A program made the position numbers and the translations under genes. Under the pieces are notes generated by a model, which worked only from the letters and a program-made list of their open reading frames with translations, did not search any database and had not been told where the DNA came from. From contig JAZDIZ010000187.1 in assembly GCA_043804515.1 (NCBI GenBank), positions 1 to 12,222 of the forward strand: 12,222 bases of DNA, written 5' to 3'. Of the stretch, positions 1-6,796 are shown piece after piece (within the stretch, counting starts at the first letter, position 1; every line of letters begins with the position of its first letter). Source of the stretch: Pseudomonadota bacterium (GTDB taxonomy: Bacteria > Bdellovibrionota_G > JALEGL01 > DATDPG01).

Positions 1-15
1 CATCTGGGTCTCCTT
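1..15 (-). promoter_or_regulatory. Shine-Dalgarno and ATG of the next minus-strand gene, which runs off the window
   Basis: The minus strand reads AAGGAG (15-10), a 6-nt spacer ACCCAG, then ATG (3-1). The product cannot be determined. Confidence 0.7.
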
Positions 16-111
16 TTTGGGCGTTTATGTTTTCGCGAACGTGATAATTGCCCTAACAGGGACCCCAGGTGAACCTTTTGATTTACTGAATAACGTCCTG
101 ACTCTTCACAA

Positions 112-1791
112 TTAATCCTTAATAGCTAGCTCCGCCCCGGGCCGCTGTTCATTGGTCTTGGGCCAGAGCTGCGATTCCAATCTATACAAGAGCGGCCGGC
201 AACTCTCCGAATCCGTCGCCGTGATCGCAATTCCCCCCTGCCTCTGGGCGATCCTCTCCGCGGCCTGGGCGCCAGCCAAATCCGCTTTGTTGAACACCAA
301 TAACTGCGGCACTTCCCCGAAACCCAATTCCTCTAAAAGCCCGTTCACCACGCCGATTCTCTCTTCCGAATCGGCCACGGCCGCGTCCACGACGTGGAGG
401 ATCAGATCCGTCAGTCCGATTTCCTCAAGCGTGGCCCGGAAGGCGAAGAGAAGGTCCTTCGGAAGATCGCGAAGAAATCCCACCGTGTCGGTCAGAATCA
501 CGTCCCGGTCGTGCGGAAACCGGAGGCGTTTGGAAAACGGATCCAATGTCGCGAACGGCCGGTTCTCGGTAAACGCTTCGGCGTGCGTGAGCGAGTTCAA
601 CAACGTGGTTTTTCCCGCGTTGGTGTAGCCCACGATGGAAACGACCGGCATGTTCCTTCGCTGGCGCAGAGCCCTGCGCGTGGCCCGCTTTTCCGCGATC
701 ACGCCGATCTCTCTTTCAAGACGGTTCATCCGGTCCCTGGCACGCCGGCGGTGGATTTCCAGTTTGGTCTCGCCCGGCCCCCGGCCCCCGATCCCTCCCA
801 CCAACCGCGACAGCCCCGTGTCCCATTCGCGTAGGCGCGGGAGGTTGTACCGGAGCTGAGCGAGCTCCACTTGGAGCTTCCCCTCATGGCTCTTTGCGCG
901 CTGGGCGAAGATGTCCAGGATCAGCTGCGTGCGGTCCAGAATCTTAAGCTGCGTCATGTCCGAAAGGTGCCGCAGCTGGTTCGGCGAGAGGTTCTGCTGG
1001 AAGAGGAGGGTTGCCACGCCTAACTGGGAGGCACGCAGGAGGATGTCCCGCATCTTCCCCTCGCCCAACAGGTATTTCGCGTCGGGTTTCTCCCGGTGCT
1101 GAACCACCGTTTCGGCCACCTCAAGCCCGACGGTACGGCAAAGATCGTGGGTCTCCTTAAGGTTTTCCTCGAACAGGGCGGACGCTCTGGCGGCGTCGGT
1201 CCTCAGAACGCAAAGGATCGCCAGGTTCTGCCGTTCGACCTTTCGGACGGCCGGGAGTTGGCGTTCCAGCTCTTCCTCCAGGGCGCGAACGAAATCTTGA
1301 AACGGAAGGTCAAGGCGCTGGAAATCGACCGGCTCCAGATGGGTGACGGGATTGTTGGAATCGGAGCGGTCGGGGGCGATGTGGACGATGTGAACCAAGC
1401 CGGGAACGCCGTTCTCGCCGACGCCGACGCTGGCCGCAAGATCGAGCCTGCCCCGGACGAGCTCATTGACGTCTTTCTGCGTTACCCCTTCCGAGTGAAG
1501 ATGCGTGTGGAGGATTCGGTAGCCAGCGAGACGCGCCCTGCCGGCGCGCGACTCGGGAAGGTTGGGAAGACGGATCGAGCGATTTTCCCCCACGATCACG
1601 GATTCGATTTTTCCCTTCCGGTCGATGATGACCCCCACCTGCCTTCGAATCTCGCGGGAGCTGGCGGCTATCCGTTTCAGAAGATCCCAGGAGGCCACTT
1701 CCTCGGAGGGGACGCGACTCCGGTAGATCCGTTCCAAGGCCCGGATCTGGGCCGCTTTCAGACCTTGTACGTTCCCGTACAGCTTAGGAAT
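112..1791 (-). CDS. hflX: Ribosome-splitting GTPase HflX, long form with N-terminal extension; proposed ATT start at 1791 (559 aa)
   Basis: Motifs: G1 GYTNAGKT, G2 region FATLDP, G3 DTVG, G4 NKAD, plus HflX-specific LILDIFAQRA and RGPGETKLE. The ORF track starts at TTG 1737, but the frame stays open upstream as IPKLYGNVQGLKAAQIRALERIYR, which resembles the N-terminus of long-form HflX. Gene identity is secure; the exact start is inferred. Confidence 0.96.
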   Translation of the reverse strand: MPKLYGNVQGLKAAQIRALERIYRSRVPSEEVASWDLLKRIAASSREIRRQVGVIIDRKGKIESVIVGENRSIRLPNLPESRAGRARLAGYRILHTHLHSEGVTQKDVNELVRGRLDLAASVGVGENGVPGLVHIVHIAPDRSDSNNPVTHLEPVDFQRLDLPFQDFVRALEEELERQLPAVRKVERQNLAILCVLRTDAARASALFEENLKETHDLCRTVGLEVAETVVQHREKPDAKYLLGEGKMRDILLRASQLGVATLLFQQNLSPNQLRHLSDMTQLKILDRTQLILDIFAQRAKSHEGKLQVELAQLRYNLPRLREWDTGLSRLVGGIGGRGPGETKLEIHRRRARDRMNRLEREIGVIAEKRATRRALRQRRNMPVVSIVGYTNAGKTTLLNSLTHAEAFTENRPFATLDPFSKRLRFPHDRDVILTDTVGFLRDLPKDLLFAFRATLEEIGLTDLILHVVDAAVADSEERIGVVNGLLEELGFGEVPQLLVFNKADLAGAQAAERIAQRQGGIAITATDSESCRPLLYRLESQLWPKTNEQRPGAELAIKD

Positions 1792-2512
1792 GGAATTCCT
1801 CCTTGAGCCTTTCTATCTCATCGGGGCGAAGGGGGCGGATTTTCCCCACGGGCAGATCCGCAAGGCGGATTCCGGCGTATTCCGTCCGTATCAATTTGAG
1901 AACGGGGTGACCCATGCGTTCCCAAAGGCGCTTCACAAGCCGATTCCGGCCCTCCGCCACGGCCATGACGTACCAGGAATTATTCTCAGTTGCCTTCTCG
2001 AAATGGACCTCCAAGGGCTTGCACATGCCGTCTTCAAGCCGCACGCCCCGCCTGAGCCTATCCAGGAGGTCCCGGGCGGGTTTTCCCTTCACTTTGACGC
2101 GGTAGACCCGTTTGGCTTTGAAGCCCGGGTGCATGAGGCGGTGTGCCAGTGACCCGTCCGTCGTCACCAAGAGAAGCCCTTCCGCGTCGTAATCAAGTCT
2201 TCCGACCGGGAACAACCGGGCCCCAGGCGGGAAATAGTCCCGCACGGTCGGCCTTCCCTCCGGATCGGCCAGGGTTGTGACCACGTTCTTCGGTTTGTGA
2301 AACGCGAGATACGAATGCTTTTTCCGGGGGCGGTCGAGCGGCACTCCGTCCACGGAGATCTCCTGCGCGAACGGGTCCACGCGGGTAGCCAGTTCCGTCA
2401 CCACCTTGCCGGCGATTTGCACTCTTCCTTCCCTGATGAACTTCTCCGCGCTCCGGCGCGAAGCCACACCCAGGCGGGCGAGAGCGGCGTTAAGTCGAAG
2501 AAGAGGGGACAT
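1784..2512 (-). CDS. rluB: RsuA/RluB-family rRNA pseudouridine synthase with N-terminal S4 domain (242 aa)
   Basis: S4-like RLNAALARLGVASRRSAEKFIREGRV, HKPK, catalytic GRLD, EGRNR. Start placed at ATG 2512 (GAGGA upstream) rather than 2605, which lies deep inside scpB. The position after scpB is the usual one for rluB. Confidence 0.9.
   Translation of the reverse strand: MSPLLRLNAALARLGVASRRSAEKFIREGRVQIAGKVVTELATRVDPFAQEISVDGVPLDRPRKKHSYLAFHKPKNVVTTLADPEGRPTVRDYFPPGARLFPVGRLDYDAEGLLLVTTDGSLAHRLMHPGFKAKRVYRVKVKGKPARDLLDRLRRGVRLEDGMCKPLEVHFEKATENNSWYVMAVAEGRNRLVKRLWERMGHPVLKLIRTEYAGIRLADLPVGKIRPLRPDEIERLKEEFHS
1798..1804 (-). promoter_or_regulatory. Shine-Dalgarno AAGGAGG for hflX, inside the 3' end of rluB
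   Basis: AAGGAGG (1804-1798), spacer AATTCC (6 nt), then ATT (1791-1789) in the hflX frame. Confidence 0.75.
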
Positions 2513-3122
2513 CGTCTTCCTCGGCATCCAATGAGCCGGCAGGCTCCATTTCGGGAACAACCCCCTCCCGGGCCAGAAGTTCCTCCAGCTTGGCGCAGCT
2601 CTCATCCCCGAGTTCCGTGTACTCCCGAAGGCTCGGAAGATCGCTGAGCGTGTTCAACCCGAAGAACTCCAGAAATTCCTTCGTCGTCCCGTAGATCAAC
2701 GGGCTCCCAGGCTCCTCGCGCTTGCCAAGGATTTTGAGAAGATTCCGCTCCAGGAGGTTCCGGAGCACGGGGCCCGAGTCCACCCCGCGGATCTCGTCCA
2801 CTTCCGGCCGTGTCACGGGTTGGCGGTACGCCACGATGGCCAGCGTCTCCAGCGCCGCCCGGCTCAAGCGGACGGGCCGGGCCTTGTTCAGTTTGAAGAT
2901 CCACGGCGAGTTGGCGCCTTTCGTCCTCAGCTGCCAGCCGCCGCCCACTTCCACAAGGTCCATGCCGCTGGATTCGTCCGCGCGTTCCGTTTTCATCTCG
3001 GCAAGGACCGCCGCAATCTCGGCTTCCGGAAACTCCGAAACGATCTCCACGATCCGCGGGAGGGGGAGGGGTTTTTCCGAGAGAAAGAGTAGAGACTCAA
3101 GAATCGATTTCAGCTTCTTCAT
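2490..3122 (-). CDS. scpB: SMC-Scp complex subunit ScpB (about 210 aa)
   Basis: ILESLLFLSEKPL, LSRAALETLAIVAYRQPVTR, IRGVDS, YGTTKEFLEFFGL..L.DLP. ATG 3122 is preceded by GGAG; the alternative ATG 3137 has no SD. Confidence 0.95.
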   Translation of the reverse strand: MKKLKSILESLLFLSEKPLPLPRIVEIVSEFPEAEIAAVLAEMKTERADESSGMDLVEVGGGWQLRTKGANSPWIFKLNKARPVRLSRAALETLAIVAYRQPVTRPEVDEIRGVDSGPVLRNLLERNLLKILGKREEPGSPLIYGTTKEFLEFFGLNTLSDLPSLREYTELGDESCAKLEELLAREGVVPEMEPAGSLDAEEDDVPSSST

Positions 3123-3903
3123 ACGTCCATTCTCCATAAAGCAGGGGGGTCCCCATGACCCGGATCTCGGCGAAAGGCTCCGACTGAAAAACTTGCACGG
3201 CTCCCCGTTTGAGCATTTCGAGCAGGGCCATGAACGTCATGACGATCCTCCGCCGGGTTGTTTGCGTGTCGAAAAGCTCGGAGAAATTCAGCGTGCCCTC
3301 TTTGCTGTCACGGACTTTCTCCCGGATCATCTCCACGCACTCCGCCAACCGGACGGTCTCGACCTCCACGCCGTGAGGCTTCGAAAGCTCGACCGTCCGA
3401 AGCAAGTTGTGGAAGACCTCCACCAGCTTGAAGACGCTGATCTCGAGCAGTTCCGCAGGGGCAGCGGACCCGGGGAGCGAATCCGGGCGCTCGCGTTTGA
3501 AGACATCCCTGTAGAGGAGCGGTCTCGAGAACAACTGAAGGGCGGCATCCTTGTACTTTTGATATTCCAACAGCCTCCGCACCAGCGCTTCCCGCGGATC
3601 GACTCCTTCGTCTTCGGGATCCAGCTGGCTCTCGTCGGGCGGCACCAGCATTTGGGACTTGATATGCGCCAGCGTGGCCGCCATGACCAGGAACTCCCCG
3701 GCGACGTCCAGGTTGAGCGTTCTCATGAGATCCAGAAAGTGGAGATACTGCTTCGTGATCTCGAAGATCGGAATGTTGTAGATGTCGAGCTTGTTCTCCT
3801 GGATCAGATGTAAAAGGAGATCCAGCGGGCCTTCAAACGTATCAAGTCTGACGTGATAGGGGCTCGACGCTTCCTCGACGCTTCCCGAAACTTCCTCAAT
3901 CAT
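3097..3903 (-). CDS. scpA: Segregation/condensation kleisin ScpA (268 aa)
   Basis: FEGPLDLLLHLI, EFLVMAATL..IKS.ML.P, DPREALVRRLLEY, FMALLEM. Overlaps the trpS stop by 8 nt. Confidence 0.96.
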   Translation of the reverse strand: MIEEVSGSVEEASSPYHVRLDTFEGPLDLLLHLIQENKLDIYNIPIFEITKQYLHFLDLMRTLNLDVAGEFLVMAATLAHIKSQMLVPPDESQLDPEDEGVDPREALVRRLLEYQKYKDAALQLFSRPLLYRDVFKRERPDSLPGSAAPAELLEISVFKLVEVFHNLLRTVELSKPHGVEVETVRLAECVEMIREKVRDSKEGTLNFSELFDTQTTRRRIVMTFMALLEMLKRGAVQVFQSEPFAEIRVMGTPLLYGEWTYEEAEIDS

Positions 3904-4882
3904 GGCTGAACTTCAGGGCCCTTTTTACTTCATTCATGGTGCCCATGGCTACCTGGCGGGCCCGATCATTCCCCCGAGCGAGGACCTCATCAACGTGCTT
4001 TGATGATTTTGTAATTTGATCTCTCTTTTCGCGTAGTTGCGTCATTGAGGGAAGAAACGACTTTAATAGCATGTTCTTGCAATCCACGCACCCGATTCCG
4101 GCGGTCGTGCACCCGACTCGGACGTCCCGGATCGTCTCCTTGGACGAGTAGATTTCATGAAGCGGATAAAGGTTGCACGTGTCCGGGTCCCCGGGATCCT
4201 CCCGTCGGGCCCGTTTGGGGTCGGTCACCATCGCCCGGATCTTTTTTCGGATCTCGGCCTCCGGCTCGGACAGCAGGATGGCGTTTCCGTAGGATTTGGA
4301 CATCTTCCGGCCGTCCACGCCGCCGATCCGGGGAGAGGGCGTCAAGAGAGCCTTCGGCTCGGGAAAGATCGCTTTGTACGTCGAATTGAAGCGGCGGGCG
4401 ATCTCCCGGGTCAGCTCCAGGTGCGGGACCTGGTCCTGCCCGACGGGTACCGCTTCACCCTTGTACAGGAGGATATCGGCGGCCTGAAGGACGGGGTATC
4501 CGAGAAAGCCGTAGTTGGAGAGATCGCGGTCGGAAATTTCCTGACGCTGCTCTTTGTACGTGGGGTTTCTTTCCAGCCATCCCAGCGGAGTGATCATGCT
4601 CAGGAGGAGATGAAGCTCGGCGTGTTCCTTAACCTGCGACTGGACGAAGATCGTGGACTTCCCGGGATCCAGGCCGGCGGCAAGCCAATCGGCGACCATT
4701 TCCCGGGTGTTTTCCGCGATCTGCCCCGTGGATTCCCAATCGGTGGTCAGGGCGTGCCAATCCGCCACGAAGAAGAAACACTCGTTACCTTCATTCTGGA
4801 GGCGAACCCAGTTCGCGAGAGCCCCGTGGAGATGCCCCAGATGCAGCCGGCCCGTGGGCCTCATTCCGCTTACGATCCGCAT
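3896..4882 (-). CDS. trpS: Tryptophanyl-tRNA synthetase (328 aa)
   Basis: SGMRPTG, class I HIGH-type HLGH, YPVLQAADIL, VPVGQDQ, KMSKS. Confidence 0.97.
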   Translation of the reverse strand: MRIVSGMRPTGRLHLGHLHGALANWVRLQNEGNECFFFVADWHALTTDWESTGQIAENTREMVADWLAAGLDPGKSTIFVQSQVKEHAELHLLLSMITPLGWLERNPTYKEQRQEISDRDLSNYGFLGYPVLQAADILLYKGEAVPVGQDQVPHLELTREIARRFNSTYKAIFPEPKALLTPSPRIGGVDGRKMSKSYGNAILLSEPEAEIRKKIRAMVTDPKRARREDPGDPDTCNLYPLHEIYSSKETIRDVRVGCTTAGIGCVDCKNMLLKSFLPSMTQLREKRDQITKSSKHVDEVLARGNDRARQVAMGTMNEVKRALKFSHD

Positions 4883-4885
4883 CCG

Positions 4886-5545
4886 TCACGCCGCCAGACG
4901 AAAAAGGAACGAGACTATAAGCTCCGTTGGGCGATACACGAGGACACCCACGATACCCGAATAGAATAGAAGCAAAAGGAGAAGAAACCCGTAGCGTTCC
5001 ACGTGAGCGAAGGGCGCGGCGAGTTGAGGAAAAAGCCCCACGGCGACACGCGAGCCGTCCAAAGGGGGCAGCGGAAGGAAATTGAACACGGCCAGAAGGA
5101 CGTTCAACTGAATGCCGATCGTGACCATCATGGTGATCGGAACGAGGAAGTTGAAGGAGGCGGCGGCATAAGGGGCGGACGAACCCAAGGCCCGGTTGAG
5201 CAGATACAGAACAAACGTGAAGGCGCAGGCCAGGAAGAGATTCGACAGCGGTCCCGAAGCCGCGACCAGAAGCCCGTCACGGAGTCCGTGGCGTAGATTT
5301 CGCTCGTTGACGGGTACGGGCTTGGCCCAACCGAAAATGCTTCCTCCCATGAAAAAGAACGCCAACGGGAGAATCACCGTGCCGATCGGGTCGATATGGG
5401 GAATGGGATTCAATGTCATGCGGCCCATCATGCGGGCCGTCGGGTCACCGAGGCGGTTCGCCATCCACGCGTGGGCGGCCTCGTGAAACGACAGAGAGAA
5501 CAGAAGAGGAATGAAGGCCAACAGAATGTACTGCAGCTTTTCCAT
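4886..5545 (-). CDS. Site-2 protease family (M50) intramembrane zinc metalloprotease (219 aa)
   Basis: HEAAH (HExxH, 5485-5471), GWAKPVP, ASGPLSN, FNFLPLPPLDG and several hydrophobic segments. Confidence 0.93.
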   Translation of the reverse strand: MEKLQYILLAFIPLLFSLSFHEAAHAWMANRLGDPTARMMGRMTLNPIPHIDPIGTVILPLAFFFMGGSIFGWAKPVPVNERNLRHGLRDGLLVAASGPLSNLFLACAFTFVLYLLNRALGSSAPYAAASFNFLVPITMMVTIGIQLNVLLAVFNFLPLPPLDGSRVAVGLFPQLAAPFAHVERYGFLLLLLLFYSGIVGVLVYRPTELIVSFLFRLAA

Positions 5546-5554
5546 GAGCGGACG

Positions 5555-5583
5555 GTGGTATCGGAGGGGGCGACGAGTGTCAA
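5555..5583 (-). promoter_or_regulatory. Putative sigma70-type promoter for the protease-trpS-scpAB-rluB-hflX unit
   Basis: Perfect TTGACA (5583-5578), 17-nt spacer, weak -10 TACCAC (5560-5555), 9 nt before ATG 5545. Confidence 0.5.
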
Positions 5584-5657
5584 TGTGGAGGATAAGACAG
5601 ACCCGTAAACCGGTTTCCGGAGCCCGTATGCCGATACCGGATCAGGAAGAAACACCT

Positions 5658-5752
5658 CCGGCAACAGGCAACCAGGGATCGGTCTCTGTGCCCGGCAACG
5701 GGCAGCGGTTCCAGATCCGGAATACGGAAAACGGATCTTCGGATTTCGGATT
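5658..5752 (+). repeat. Degenerate heptamer tandem-repeat tract
   Basis: CCGGCAA CAGGCAA (5658-5671); CCGGCAA CGGGCAG CGGTTCC (5692-5712); CGGAATA CGGAAAA CGGATCT (5718-5738); TCGGATT TCGGATT (5739-5752). Confidence 0.6.
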
Positions 5753-5877
5753 GGAGAGACGAATTCCGAGGGAACAATTGGATCTGATCGATCACCGGGG
5801 AGCCTGCCTCTATCGTCTGACGCATTCTTCTCCCTGATCCCGGATCACCGGGACGGGAACCGCTGCCCGATGCCCGG
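5691..5877. repeat. 30-bp imperfect inverted repeat (arms 5691-5720 and 5848-5877) enclosing 127 nt
   Basis: Left arm CCCGGCAACGGGCAGCGGTTCCAGATCCGG; reverse complement of right arm CCGGGCATCGGGCAGCGGTTCCCGTCCCGG. They match at 25/30 with a perfect 14-bp core CGGGCAGCGGTTCC. Confidence 0.85.
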
Positions 5878-5881
5878 TCTC

Positions 5882-6796
5882 TTATCTCTTCTTAGCCCGT
5901 GGGTGCGCGGCGGCGTATACGTCGCGCAAGTGCTTGCGGGAGAGATGTGTGTAAATCTGTGTCGTCGCGACGCTCGCGTGCCCCAGCATCTCCTGGACCG
6001 AGCGAAGGTCGGCGCCCCCTTCGATCAGGTGCGTAGCGAACGAGTGGCGCAACGTGTGGGGCGACATCTTCGTCGAAATCGCCGCCTTCCGAGCGTACTT
6101 CCGGATCAAGTGCCAGATCGTCTGCCGAGTCATTCGGCGGCCCCGGTTGCTCAAAAACAGCCACTCCGCCGGTTTTCCACGATCCAGGGTTTTTCGAGCT
6201 TCAGCCATGTATTTACGGAGCCAGAAGAGGGCTTCGTCCCCGACCGGAACGAGCCTCTCCTTTGAGCCTTTCCCGACGACGCGCGCGATCTTGGCCTCGA
6301 AAAGAACCGATTCGAACTTGAGATCCGCCAGCTCCGAAACCCTAAGACCCGCGGCGTAGAACACCTCCAGGATCGCGCGGTCTCTCACACCGGCCGGGCG
6401 GGTCAGATCGACGGATTCCAGGACTTTTCGAATCTGGTGCGGGGAGGCGATTTTAGGCAAGGGAGAGCCCAGCCGCGGCGAGTCCAAATCGTTGATGGGG
6501 TTCTTTTTGAGAAAACCCTCTTGAAGAAGGAATCTGTATAGGGCGCGCAGAGCCGATATCGACCTCGTAAGGGACCGGGGCGCAAGGCCGCGGGACCGGT
6601 GTTGTTCGTACACGGCCTCCGCCGTGCTCCTCGTGAGATCGCAGGGCCGGCGGCACCCCAAGGAAGAGGCGCCCTCCGCGAACTTCAAGAGATCCCGGGC
6701 GTACGCTTCAACCGTGTGTGGAGACAGAGCCCGGTTCGTCCGGAGAAACTCGATGAAGATTTCCCTGGCGCGGTCCCAATCTTGAGCCGGGTTCAA
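5882..6796 (-). CDS. xerD: Site-specific tyrosine recombinase, XerD-like (304 aa, TTG start)
   Basis: N-terminal LSPHTVEAYARDL; catalytic GLRVSEL, GKGSKERLVP, SPHTLRHSFATHL, GADLRSVQEMLGHA..TTQIYT. XerD is favoured over XerC by the motif style and by the xerD-protease-trpS-scpAB context. Confidence 0.88.
   Translation of the reverse strand: MNPAQDWDRAREIFIEFLRTNRALSPHTVEAYARDLLKFAEGASSLGCRRPCDLTRSTAEAVYEQHRSRGLAPRSLTRSISALRALYRFLLQEGFLKKNPINDLDSPRLGSPLPKIASPHQIRKVLESVDLTRPAGVRDRAILEVFYAAGLRVSELADLKFESVLFEAKIARVVGKGSKERLVPVGDEALFWLRKYMAEARKTLDRGKPAEWLFLSNRGRRMTRQTIWHLIRKYARKAAISTKMSPHTLRHSFATHLIEGGADLRSVQEMLGHASVATTQIYTHLSRKHLRDVYAAAHPRAKKR

Noticed and set aside
2513..2605. Upstream start for rluB at 2605
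   Set aside because: It would overlap scpB by more than 100 nt. The S4 domain begins right after ATG 2512, which has an SD.
2722..3813. Long antisense or alternate-frame ORFs (363 aa here; also 1096-1806, 4157-4969, 6850-7665, 7995-8723, 8512-9147, 9000-9710)
   Set aside because: They lie over well-supported genes and show no recognisable motifs. Such shadow frames are expected in GC-rich coding DNA.
5511..5837. Small ORFs in the xerD-protease spacer (5511-5837 +, 5580-5825 -, 5428-5664 -)
   Set aside because: No recognisable domain, they run through repeat sequence, and two overlap the protease start or its promoter. Not fully excluded without Ribo-seq.
5546..5881. T-box or Trp attenuator for trpS, or a CRISPR array, in the spacer
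   Set aside because: No T-box consensus, no Trp-rich leader peptide, and no equal-length repeats separated by unique spacers.
5882..6796. Tyrosine recombinase as a phage or island integrase
   Set aside because: Size, motifs and housekeeping context fit chromosomal XerD. No att-like tRNA or phage genes are adjacent.
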